Assembly: GCA_002269645.1 (NCBI GenBank)
Contig: NIVC01000095.1
Span: 1-64,000, forward strand
Length of the DNA: 64,000 nt
Reading direction: 5' to 3'
From: Macrostomum lignano
Lineage: Eukaryota
Shown here: positions 45,764-57,215 of the stretch, one piece after another
How positions within the stretch are numbered: the stretch's first letter is position 1
How the letters are laid out: the number at the start of each line of letters is the position of its first letter
Program-made: the position numbers and the translations under genes
Notes under the pieces: model-generated
Seen by the model: only the letters and a program-made list of their open reading frames with translations
Told to the model about the DNA's origin: nothing
Databases searched by the model: none

Positions 45764-47587
45764 GATCTAGAGTATAGTATTAGTAGTCTATCTATTATAG
45801 AAAAGATAGCTTTGCAATAGTATTTTGAAGTGTTAAAACATTTTTATGCCTAACATTTTATGAAAGTTGAGGATATGATTTATACTGGCTATGCCATTTA
45901 CTTTTTGACCAAAAATGTGACATATTTCTTTTAATTTTAACTTAGGGATAGCATCAGGGGCATAGCTAGGAATTTCCTATGGAGGGGGATATACAAAGGA
46001 CAAGGTTAAAGTGCTATGACAGAGTCACATAGTAGCAGTCATAGTTACTCCTGCCATTTACCCAAAACTGCGTTAATTTTGCTTTAGGGTTTCTTTCACA
46101 GGTAAGTCATTTCATAGCGTGGCGCAGGTTGTGTAGGCGTCTGGCGTACTTAAGCCATGCGCTGCAATAGGGCTTAGAAGTACAAAAGATGCATATAAAG
46201 GTTGAAAAATCAAGTTTAAAGGATGCAAACTTTGTTTTTTGGTAAGGATAAAACATGTTCCATCAAGCTTTTTTGGAAAAAAATAGCTGCCCTACAGCTT
46301 AAATCTGCCCTTGGGCCTTATTCACAACACAAAGCCGAAGGCATCATAAACTACTAACCATTTGTTTTTAAAAAATTTAAGTTACTTATAAGAGAATATT
46401 TTAAACAAATTTAATATAAAATTACTTACATCAGGCCTACTTTACTATTTACTAGGCCTATTTTTTTCATATAAAGTCATGAAAATGGCCTTTTTCAGAC
46501 CTTTTTCATAGAAAATTCTAGCATAATTGACATAATCTAGCATTATGATTGCATAGAAAGTTTCTAGTTCAATAAGACTGGCCTACTTAGCTCAGTATAG
46601 CACCAATGATAAATTTGTTATTGTTGCCTGTTATTTCAATGATAGGCCCTAATTGTTAATTTTAATATAGGCCTAGCTATTCAATTTTTTAATTATTAGG
46701 CCTAATTTTAAATATAATTTTTTTTCTTTTGAAATACACTTTTTGGTTCAAAATATTAAATAAAAAAACTGCTTTGGGTTTGGGTTTTGGTGCACAGCAC
46801 AGAAAATGGTAAACATAAATCATGGTAGCTTTTTTGCTTTGCTAGTGCAGGCTGTGATACCTATGCAGACTATGGCTTTTTCTCCTACTAAATAATATAA
46901 ATTAGACCTACATCTTTTTATTAAATAATACATACTAGAGACGGGTTACGCAATTCAAATTTGTAGTAGTACAGATTACCATTGCGTCACCTTATCGTTA
47001 TCTGCTTTCCAAAACAATGCTTTGTTAAAACCCTGTGGATTTTGAACTCACTGACTGCCGTTCCAAATGATCCTGCGGAATACATCCTTAAATCTGAAGC
47101 CATACTCGAACTCGAACAAAAACTTGTTGTTTTGATAATCTCATGGATGGAGGTAAAAATTGCGTAAATTAAGTAAACTTTTGTTAAATTAAGATTTAAG
47201 GCCATTTAAACTTCTCTCATCTCCTCTTTCGGTCTCTCTTCAACTCTTCTCTTCTGTCTCCTCTCTCCTAGCTCTTTTTCCTCTCGCAATCTCATTTTCT
47301 CTTCTCTCTTATCGCTTTACAGACTCCTCTGAATATCAAGTAGGGGTAGGTAATGGGATGAATGTAATAATGCCGCTTAGATTTCAAGATTTGGATACTT
47401 ATCACAATATACTAAATCTCTAAGGTTTGTCTGTCTGACCGGTATTTCAGTCTACAGCCTGAATTCCTGAACCGATTTTTTTCAATAGAATACTATAGAT
47501 ACTATGCTATAGCTAAAGATCAAATTAAGCTATTATGAACCTATATATGCGTTCAGTTGAAAGTGCAAGGACCACTGTACGTGGTAT

Positions 47588-47990
47588 AACAACAACAACA
47601 ACAACAACAATTAAATACGCGGCCCTGCAAGCAAAAGGTTACAGTTCGAGCAGGGCGCGTCAGATGGCGGGCCGCAGAGCCTGGGAGGGAACAAAGTCCG
47701 CTCTCGATCCGTTGGCAGTGTCGGGCGCCCCAGCGTCGCACGTAGCAGGCAGTCCACGTATCGACGGGTTCGGGCCTGACGACCCCGCCTGAACGGACCC
47801 TGCAAGGTGAGCAGCAGGACGTCCTGAACAGGTTGGGGGCAGTATAGCCCTCGGCCCGAATCACGTGGCCCGCCAGTTAAAGTCGCCGCCGGCGCACGAT
47901 GGTGGACGGGCGCTGCAGCTTGGCCCGATCGTACAGGGCCTCGGTCCCGAAGCTCGAATTAAGGCCGCACGGAGTAGCCCTGTGCGCAGT
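47588..47990 (-). mobile_element. 5'-truncated non-LTR retrotransposon (RTE-like LINE) 3' end with (TTG)n tail
   Basis: Minus translation LYDRAKLQRPSTIVRRRRL*LAGHVIRAEGY, then after a frameshift QDVLLLTLQGPFRRGRQARTRRYVDCLL, resembles the RTE ORF2 C-terminus. Ends in a TTG microsatellite. Confidence 0.8.
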
Positions 47991-47999
47991 TGTATAGTG

Positions 48000-48180
48000 C
48001 TATATACAACAGTGCTATAGTGCTATACTGCTGACATAGTGCTATATACAGTGCTATATACAGTGCTATATACAGTGCTATACAGTGCTATATACAGTAC
48101 GTGCTATATACAGTGCTATTATACAGTACTATATACAGTGCTATATACAGTACTATATACAGTGCTATATACAGTGCTTG
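48000..48180. repeat. 12-bp repeat CAGTGCTATATA
   Basis: Direct. Confidence 0.92.
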
Positions 48181-48289
48181 TGACAGTACGCGTTGACCTG
48201 GAGCAGCGATCAGTCACCACTGGCAACTGGAATTCGACTAAGGACACCGAATTGCAACCACGTACTTAAAGTTCGGTGCACATCTCATC

Positions 48290-48830
48290 GTCTGGCAAGA
48301 AGTTTCGATCCTGTCTGGCCTTCCCAAGTCCGTGCCGTCATCCCCAAACAGTTAAGTGCGCGGCGCGAGCCTCAAGAGATGGCGCATTAGGGGCGAGGGG
48401 CGAAACCAAGCTGCAACTACGTGAATTAATTCACTTGGTGGACAACGAATGGACGTTGACTTCGAGCAAGGACCACTAGGAACACTACGTAGTCTGGTAG
48501 TCCTTGACGTCGAGATGTTCGTCCGGGACTGCGGTGGCTGCTGTGAGATCACTGCTGAGAAACAATTTCAAGCTTCGACCGTCTCCGCTGCCTGATCTGC
48601 CATGATCCGACGTCAGCTTCCACTTTTCCTACTGGTCATCACGGATCTGCACAGCAAGTGGTCGGATGTCTTCGTAACTTCGAAAGCTTCTCACCACTGA
48701 CGGTCTGCAAGGTGCTACGCTGCCTTGTTCGCGCGCTGTGGCCTATGCGAGAATTGCACATGAAGACCGTAACCGTCTGAGCCCCAACGTCCAGACCGAG
48801 AGACTCAACAGGACTCTGATGCCTGTGATG
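48290..48830 (+). pseudogene. Decayed Gypsy/Ty3-type integrase fragment
   Basis: Frameshifted pieces in the expected order: RAVIPKQL, FVRDCGGC (HHCC finger), LLVITDLHSKWSDVF, LFARCGL, QTERLNRTL (rve core). No LTRs seen. Confidence 0.75.
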
Positions 48831-48889
48831 GTCAGCATCCAAGTTGTCAGGGCGGAAAAGTGACAATGCAAGACGCGCTAGTGCAGTTC

Positions 48890-49310
48890 CTGAGTGGGTC
48901 AAGCTGTAGTCAGGGCTGACTGGGTCAAGCTATATAGTCAGGGCTGAGTGGGTCAAGCTGTAGTCGGGCTGAGTGGTTCAAGCCGTAGTCAGGGCTGACT
49001 GGGTCAAGCTATATAGTCAGGGCTGAGTGGGTCAAGCTGTAGTCAGGGCTGACTGGCATGGGTCAAGCTAAATTTACGGCTGAGTGGGTCAAGCTGTTGC
49101 AAGGCTGAGTGGGTCAAGCTATAGTCAGGTCTGACTGGGTCAAGCTCCAGTCAGGGGGCTGACTGGGTCAAACTGTAGTCAGGGCTGAGTAGCGATATAG
49201 TCAGGGCTGAGTGGGTCAAGCTGCAGTCAGCGCTGAATCGGTCAAGCTGCAGTCAGGGCTGAGTGGGTCAAGCTATAGTGAGGACTGCAGGAGTGGGTCA
49301 AGCTGGCCAA
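48890..49310. repeat. ~26-bp minisatellite GGGTCAAGCTGTAGTCAGGGCTGAGT
   Basis: Direct tandem copies with variants. Confidence 0.92.
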
Positions 49311-49479
49311 GAACTGAGTTGAGTTGGGCTAAAAAATAGTTATTTGTACATGTAAGTTGAAAACGCGCTGATAGAGATGCATAAAAAATTACAAAATGGA
49401 GACAGTGAGATACAGAAGACTGTCGAGTAGGAGTCGGAGGGGAAGACCAAAAGAGAGTACAAACAAGGAGGGAGAAACA

Positions 49480-49482
<3 letters not shown>

Positions 49483-49540
<58 letters not shown>
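49483..49540 (+). repeat. (GA)n microsatellite
   Basis: Direct. Confidence 0.95.
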
Positions 49541-49545
<5 letters not shown>

Positions 49546-50470
49546 GTTGCTAAATGTACAGGTTAAAAGCAGAAATTGCTTTTTTGCTCGACAATTGGCT
49601 CGGAGCCGATTTGCAGTTTTTTAACCAGAATACAGACAGCTTAACAGCATTAGTCGACGGGCTATTTGTTTTACCAAATAATCTGTTTTAGCCCGATAAT
49701 TTCTGCATCAAGGGCAAGGAAGGAAAGCTTCGTTAAGTCGTTTAAAATTGGTTCACATTCGAAACAAAACAGGCTTTCTTAGTTATGAAGCAACTAGTGC
49801 TTGCCAATTGAGGAGTTCAAAGCAGTATTTAGAGCAGTGAGAGCAAAGTTAAAACCGTTAAAACCGTTTTGGGTAGAAAATAAGGCTTTCAAAGCGTCTG
49901 TGAAGTAATTAAAAAAGTGCTTATATTGAGTAAAACGCGTGCTGCAAAGTAAGAAGGGCGGATTGCCCATGCAGTACCAGGTAAAAGGGAGGGGATACAA
50001 GATGTAAAAAGACGTGTTGTTTAGACAGTTACTAAAGTCCGTAGGAAGCCGGAAACCTCTCGATCAGTGGTAACTTCGTTTTGGAATTTGTAATTAGTAG
50101 TTAAGAGCCTTGCCGCGCAAGCACACTGATCGAAGCTACCGTGGTAAATTATAAGTGGCAAGTGCATGGTTTAGTAAGTTAAGTAATTGGTTTAGTAACT
50201 ATTAGCAGTAAGAAAGAGCGCCGTAACAACTTGGTGCATGGCATTTAGAGTGCGATAGATTTTAGGCAGACAGAGCTACTATCACAGTAAGCACCACCCC
50301 TAGTACAGCTTGGTGCATCACTGTTGGGAAATAAGTTAACGCCTACAACAACTTGATACAGCGATGGGATTTTAAGGGGAGTTAAAAGGGCCTACAACAC
50401 ACAGGAACAACTGAAACTTTGCTTTCTCGCCGATCTAAAAATGGCTTGATAAACTCGGGCGAATGCTAAT

Positions 50471-50555
50471 CATGGACAACTGAAGTTACGTTATATTACT
50501 ATTATTATATTATATTACGTTATAGTACGTTACGTTACTACTTCAGTTGTCCTTG
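50471..50555. mobile_element. 85-bp micro-MITE with 16-bp TIRs and an 8-bp (possibly 9-bp) TSD
   Basis: CATGGACAACTGAAGT ... ACTTCAGTTGTCCTTG (15/16 inverted match), flanked by ATGCTAAT at 50463-50470 and 50556-50563. Confidence 0.75.
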
Positions 50556-51159
50556 ATGCTAATCGTGCGCATGTATGTGACTTTTATAGTTATTTTATCC
50601 ACGAGTACGAATTTTCTGTAGAGCCACAGTTATTGGTATAAAAACTAACAATCGATCTATATGACCATGCTTTTAGTCTTTATCGACATCACCAATTGCC
50701 ATTGACATTCATTGCGAAACGGATAATAATGGCATTTTTTCAACGTTGAATATTTTTGATGACGCAAAACTAACAAATATGTTAATAAAATAAAACAGTA
50801 GAAATCATTTTTAATACAAATTCACTTGCTTTAGAATAAAAACTTGCTGCAATAACTGAATTAAAAATAAATATTACTTATGTTTTGTTTAAATATTCAT
50901 ATAAAACAAATATGGCGGACCGCGGTGTTATTCAGGAGGAAGCCAGTGTGAGAGCCATTAAAAATGAGTCTTAGATTAAGTCCAAGCTTGCTAGCTAGGC
51001 TAGGCACTCCCGTTTAACTACAAATAAAAGTTAGTGTACAGTTGTTGTATCTTAATTCTCTTAAAAATCTCTAATAGCTCTATAGCATTTTGTATTTCTT
51101 GCTTATGTATAGTTTTCATAATTTGCATACCTAGGTATATATAAGACTGCAGACAATTG

Positions 51160-52270
51160 TATGGGCCTAGGCGTAGGCCTAATAGGGCCTATAAAATCAT
51201 ATAGGCCCTAGAATTGTTGTGGGGCAAACACTTCGAGTTCTAACTAGTTGAATTGAAAAGCCAGCGCTAAGACTATTCAAGACTAAGTACTTCGTTTTGT
51301 TGTAGGCCTATTAAAATTCGACTTCGCATTGCTCATTAGGCCTACTCGGTCGAATCTTATTTAGTTCTTAGGCCCTAAGCCAAGACCAAGACAAGAGCTG
51401 CAAGAAGGAAGAGGCCTCAAGCCCCTACTTACTATGTCTATGTTTTTTCTGTTATGTATAGGTCTAGTGTGTGTGTAGGCCTAGTAGGCCGTAGGCCCTA
51501 GGCTAGGCTAGGCCTAAGCAAAGTCATAGGATAGCCTAGGCCTAGCCCTATTGTAGAATATAGGCCTAGGCCTTTTAGCCCTAGAATTTTTAGTAGACCC
51601 CCATATATATGGAAGGTTAGGTAGGGCCTAGGACTTTAACACATTGCCTAACACTCGCTAATAGTAGGCCTAGGCTAACATTCCTATCTCCCTATTTGGC
51701 ACAATTGGGGCATTGATAGGGGCCTAACAAATATTGCTAGGCCCATGCCTTTATATAATATAATGATGCAATGGCTATAGTTCCAGTAGAGTTATAATAG
51801 GGTAAATATAATAGGCCTACTTCTTTAGTTTAAGACCTAGTCTATTTGTATATTGCTAATAAAAGGATAAAAAGCTAGAAAAAAGCATAAAACATTAAAA
51901 AAGCTAGAAAAAAATTATTTCAAATCTCAAAAATAAAATAAAGCTTGCAAGAAACATTAATTTAGGCCTAGTTCAGAAACTATGCAAGTAGATTAGGGAA
52001 AAGCTAAAAAAAGATAAAGTAGGCCTAGCCTATGTTTTGAAAAAAATCAAGCCTATTAATTAGGCCTAAGAATCATGAACTAGAAAAGCTAAGGCAGAAA
52101 CCTACTGAGACTTTGCAAAAGACCAAGGAAGCTATATAATATTATTTATTTGAGACTATATGTTAGGTTTGCTTAATTTTATTACTTTAAAATAATATAA
52201 ACAAAATTAATTTAAAAAATTAAATTTATTGTAGATATTGCTTAATAAATACTTATGCTAGGCCTAATAT
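51160..52270. other. Dense cluster of the palindrome TAGGCCTA in AT-rich DNA
   Basis: At least 13 perfect copies counted by eye plus many near matches. Copies are dispersed rather than tandem. Confidence 0.85.
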
Positions 52271-53147
52271 GCTTGCAAATGTTGTTTAGTTTTAAGTCTG
52301 CAAAAATATTTTTTTAATTCAATTTGCTAAATTTGCAAAGTCTAAAAACTAAAGAATTTGAGTTTATAAATTATAAGCCTATTAAAAATTGGGGCTTCTT
52401 AAAGTTTATGTTGATAAAATACTTCCGATTTTCCCATTTTTCTAAAGCTACAACCCCCTCCACTTATTAGGATTGGAATAAATCAACACAATCTTCAATA
52501 GGTCTCCATGCCTCTATTGAAGTTTATGTTGATAAAATCAATCCTCATAAAGAATCTCCCCACCCTAAAACCCCCTATTCCCCATGCCCTGGTGGTTGGC
52601 TTTAAGCTACATATAATTGGGTTAAAGCTACCAAAAAATGGAGCTCAAATTTGAAATCAGCACCTTCAAAAACCCCTATAGAGATGGAATTATGATCCTA
52701 TCAAAATTGCAACTATTTTGTCAACATAAACTTCAAGAAGCCCAAAAATTGTGCAGCACAAAAAAATTCTAAAGCCCAAAAAGACTATGCCTTACTCTTA
52801 CATTGGTCTTATAATTATTATAGCTTCCTTCAAGAGTAATTGTATACCAATAAATGTTAAAAATATTGATCAATGTAGGTATAAATATAAATATTTGATT
52901 TTGCTTAACATTTGAATTACAAGAAGAATATTTGATGAACCAGATTGATCAAATAGATATTAAAAAATGGATACTTGCCTTATAGGTTGCCTCTAGAAAG
53001 GTTACTAATTATATAACCCTTATCTTGTTTGTAACCATTTTACAATGGTAATTAGTAATTGGTACAAGTGATATAATAATAATAGATTACCCTGTCCTAA
53101 TAAGTAGATGTACAACTGACAGCTGAGCTGCAGCTATTGTGCATTGT

Positions 53148-53325
53148 ATCTGAAGGCTGCATATGGCTGTTCAGTCCAAGGACTGGTTGTTTGGGGGTGA
53201 ACTGAAGCAATTGCAAAATGAAGTGTTTAGCTCAAACCTAAAGACACAAATTGTTCCAGTGGGATTGGGAATCGAACCCCAGCCTTCAAGTTTCAAGTCT
53301 GATGGGCTTACAACTAGGCTACTAG
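53148..53325 (-). mobile_element. tRNA-derived SINE, copy 2 (more decayed)
   Basis: B box (plus-strand GGAATCGAACC, 53268-53278) and AATTGTTCCAGTGGGA shared with copy 1. Body ATCTGAAGGCTGCATATGGCTGTTCAGTCCAAGGACTGG. Confidence 0.75.
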
Positions 53326-53575
53326 GCAACCAAGTTGAAATTGCTTGCTAAAATAAAGAGACATTTTATTTTATGCTTAGAATATTACTGATAGTAAGTG
53401 ATTACTAATAGGAATTTACTTGCAACTTAGCTAATTTTTTATCCAGTTAGCATCGCTGCTCTATAAGACTGACCGTAACTATATTTTTTAATGTTATAAA
53501 GCCTCATCGCCAACCCACTATTCACACAATTGCATGAGCAGTCAGCTCCCCACATTATAATCAATCAGCAATACA

Positions 53576-53998
53576 ATGCCCGGTGGAAAAGGCAAAGCAG
53601 GCAAAGACGCAGGCAAGGCCAAGCAGAAGGCCATCTCCCGGTCAGCCAGGGCCGGTCTTCAATTCCCAGTCGGCCGTATTCATCGTCACCTGAAGACTCG
53701 AACCACCAGCCACGGCCGCGTCGGCGCCACCGCTGCCGTGTACAGCGCCGCCATCTTGGAGTACCTGACCGCCGAGGTGCTGGAGCTGGCTGGCAATGCT
53801 AGCAAAGATCTGCGCGTCAAGCGTATCACGCCGCGTCATCTGCAGCTGGCCATCCGCGGAGACGAAGAGCTGGACACGCTGATCAAGGCCACCATCGCCG
53901 GCGGCGGAGTGATTCCGCACATCCACAAGAGTCTGGTGAATAAGAAGGGTGCCGGCGGCCCCACTGCCAGCGGGGTGCCAAGTGATCCCCGTTACTGA
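53576..53998 (+). CDS. H2AZ: Histone H2A.Z (H2A.V/H2Av) variant, 140 aa, CDS uninterrupted
   Basis: H2A.Z-diagnostic [45 protein letters not shown] and [28 protein letters not shown]. No histone stem-loop seen. AATAAA at 54365-54370. Confidence 0.97.
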   Translation: MPGGKGKAGKDAGKAKQKAISRSARAGLQFPVGRIHRHLKTRTTSHGRVGATAAVYSAAILEYLTAEVLELAGNASKDLRVKRITPRHLQLAIRGDEELDTLIKATIAGGGVIPHIHKSLVNKKGAGGPTASGVPSDPRY

Positions 53999-54529
53999 CT
54001 TGATCTGGGCTTGAACTCTAATTTTCGTATTTAACAAAACACACAACCGACTGTCTCTCCGTGTGTAATTATTTTTATTTTATTTACTGAACTTAGTTAA
54101 AAGTAAATTCATAGTCTAGCATTTCTGTTATTATCAATTATAAAGTAACAATTTGTGCAGCAAAAGTTTTCATTTAATATAGTGTGTCATCACTCTCTCT
54201 ATTAGCAATGATAACTGACTTAACTGGTTTTTTTTTAACTGACGCATGCTTGTTCTTATGCTATGTACTATTGTTATTTTTTCTTATCGAAAAATTCTCA
54301 TCAATTTCATTAGTGTTTTGTTTGCGTTTCCTGTCTAATAATTAATTAATAATGAAATATATACAATAAATTGACGACTCATTTGTCCATTTTTTACCTA
54401 AATAGCGTGCCCGCTCCGCTGCCTTTGTTGGCATTTCGGTTTGTTAAAATGCGGTGGAAAATTCTAAGAAATCTGTTGTCTGTTTTTCATGTATTTTGTT
54501 TGTGTCAGTAAGCGTCGCCACATTCATTT

Positions 54530-56215
54530 GTGGCTTGTATGGTGGTATGGAGAAGGAGAGAGGCGGTATGGAGAAGGAGAGAGGCGACAAGGAGAAGAAG
54601 AGAGGTGGTATGGAGAAGGAGAGAGGCGGTATGGAGAAGGAGAGAGGCGACAAGGAGAAGAAGAGAGGTGGTATGTAGAAGGAGAGAGGCGGTATGGAGA
54701 AGAAGAGAGGCGGTATGTAGAAGATGAGAGGCGGCAGGGAGAAGGCGAGAGGCGGTATGGAGAAGGAAAGAGGCGACAGGGAGAGACGGAAGGGAGAGGG
54801 AGAGACAGAAGGGAGAGGGAGAGACAGAAGGGAGAGTGGGAGAGACGGAAGGGAGGGGGAGAGACGGAAGGGAGAGGGAGAGACAGAAGGGAGAGTGGGA
54901 GAGACGGAAGGGAGAGGGAGAGACAGAAGGGAGCGGGAGAGACGGAAGGGAGCGGGAGAGACGGAAGGGAGTGGGAGAGACGGAAGGGAGAGGGAGAGAC
55001 GGAAGGGAGGGGGAGAGACGGAAGGGAGAGGGAGAGACAGAAGGGAGAGTGGGAGAGACGGAAGGGAGAGGGAGAGACAGAAGGGAGCGGGAGAGACGGA
55101 AGGGAGCGGGAGAGACGGAAGGGAGTGGGAGAGACGGAAGGGAGGGGGAGAGACAGAAGGGAGAGGGAGAGACGGAAGGGAGGGAGTGGGAGAGACGGAA
55201 GGGAGGGGGAGAGGGAGAGACAGAAGGGAGGGAGGGGGAGAGACAGAAGGGAGAGGGAGAGGGAGAGACAGAAGGGAGAGGGAGAGACAGAAGGGAGGGG
55301 GAGAGACAGAAGGGAGGGGGAGAGACAGAAGGGAGGGGGAGAGACAGAAGGGAGGGAGAGGGAGAGACGGAAGGGAGGGGGAGAGACAGAAGGGAGGGGG
55401 AGAGACGGAAGGGAGGGGGAGAGACAGAAGGGAGAGGGAGAGGGAGAGACAGAAGGGAGGGGGACAGGGAGAGACAGAAGGGAGGGGGAGAGACAGAAGG
55501 GAGGGAGAGGGAGAGACAGAAGGGAGGGAGTGGGAGAGACGGAAGGGAGAGGGAGAGACGGAAGGGAGGGGGAGAGACAGAAGGGAGAGGGAGAGACGGA
55601 AGGGAGGGGGAGAGACGGAAGGGAGGGGGAGAGACAGAAGGGAGAGGGAGAGACGGAAGGGACGGTGAGAGACAGAAGGGAGGGGGAGAGGGAGAGACAG
55701 AAGGGAGGGGGAGAGGGAGAGACAGAAGGGAGGGAGAGGGAGAGACAGAAGGGAGAGGGAGAGGGAGAGACAGAAGGGAGAGGGAGAGACAGAAGGGAGG
55801 GAGAGGGAGAGACAGAAGGGAGGGAGAGGGAGAGACAGAAGGGAGGGGGAGAGACAGAAGGGAGAGGGAGAGGGAGAGACAGAAGGGAGGGAGAGGGAGA
55901 GACAGAAGGGAGGGAGAGGGAGAGACAGAAGGGAGGGAGAGGGAGAGACAGAAGGGAGGGGGAGAGACAGAAGGGAGAGGGGGAGACAGAAGAGAGGGAG
56001 AGACAGAAGGGAGGGAGAGGGAGAGACAGAAGGGAGAGGGAGAGACAGAAGGGAGGGAGAGACAGAAGGGAGAGGGAGAGACAGAAGGGAGGGAGAGGGA
56101 GAGACAGAAGGGAGAGGGAGAGACAGAAGGGAGTGGGAGAGACAGAAGGGAGAGGGAGAGACAGAAGGGAGAGGGAGAGACAGAAGGGAGAGGGAGAGAC
56201 AGAAGGGAGAGAGGC
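54530..56215. repeat. GA-rich minisatellites (GAAGGAGAGAGGCGGTATGGA-type, then GGGAGAGACAGAAGGGAG-type)
   Basis: Direct. Source of the RGE-rich and LSLP-rich ORFs in all six frames. Confidence 0.93.
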
Positions 56216-56270
56216 TGCACGGAGAAAAAGAGGGGAGCTAGGCAGTTGGCCTCCGTCAATCATGAATCAT

Positions 56271-57215
56271 GATGTTTTTGCAAAGGCTTCAAGCTAAAAG
56301 TTTTGGGTATCTCTTCCCCGCCTTCTGAAGCCGCACTATCAGCAAGAATGAGCAGAAGAGTGGGAGAGAAAGGAAGAGAGCGACAGAAGGGTTTTGTGTA
56401 TCCATTGGCTTGTTCTCATTAGGCAGGGAGGTAGGAGGCATGAACCTCAGTGAGAAATGGTTTCCTCCAAGCCTTTATCCGAATACAACAGAGATGATTT
56501 GCACGTACAAAGGGACAATTCAGCCCCAAAACTGTTTAACTGAGCAAAGGGCAAGGGTTCAAAGCCCTTGGAGGCATTCACAAGAATGTTTTCAATCCCC
56601 GGCCCAAATCCATATACTCTGGGGTCCCCAACCGACGGCCCACGGGGTGACGCAATGGGGCCTGCAAACCTTTTCTTTCTCTGCTTCTCTTAGCCAGCGA
56701 CAGCTTTAGGCTTTCCTAGGAGTTAATGGGGAACTGGGGACCCTAGGGCAGAATGCAATTCACAGAATGACTCCACCGTGCCCCTCACCCCATCTCAAAT
56801 ATCGATCGATCTGTGTGAGGTGAGGTCGGAGAGTGACTGAAAGACCGCCTCTTCTCTTTCCAAGCTAGCCTTAGCCTTTGCCAAGTTGCGTCATTTAGTG
56901 AGGCCCTGCCTCATACCCCAATTCGATTTCTCTTCGTCGAGTGTTCATACACATGTACATGGCAAGGGGGTCGCTTCACGAACTATGGAAACTCTGGGAG
57001 CGCGGTAAGGCTAGCGAATACGATCGATAACGCTCCAACAATTCCTACAAGCCATTCAACCCCCCAACTTTCAAGATACTTTGATAAATGACTCGAGTTT
57101 TTTGTCTCATGGAACTCATGTAATCATTGTATGACATCATTCTTGCTGATGACGGCTTCAGGAGACGGGGAAGAGATGCACAAAACTTTTAGCTTGAAGC
57201 CTTTGCAAAAATATC
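56271..57215. repeat. ~80-bp inverted repeat pair (56271-56351 and 57137-57215) around a 785-bp unique spacer
   Basis: TTTTTGCAAAGGCTTCAAGCTAAAAGTTTTG...TCTCTTCCCCG...CTGAAGCCG...ATCAGCAAGAATGA is present in opposite orientations, ~90% identical by eye. Confidence 0.9.

Noticed and set aside
54489-56297. ~600 aa RGE-rich and LSLP-rich ORFs
   Set aside because: Open in nearly all frames on both strands because the GA-rich minisatellite lacks stop codons.
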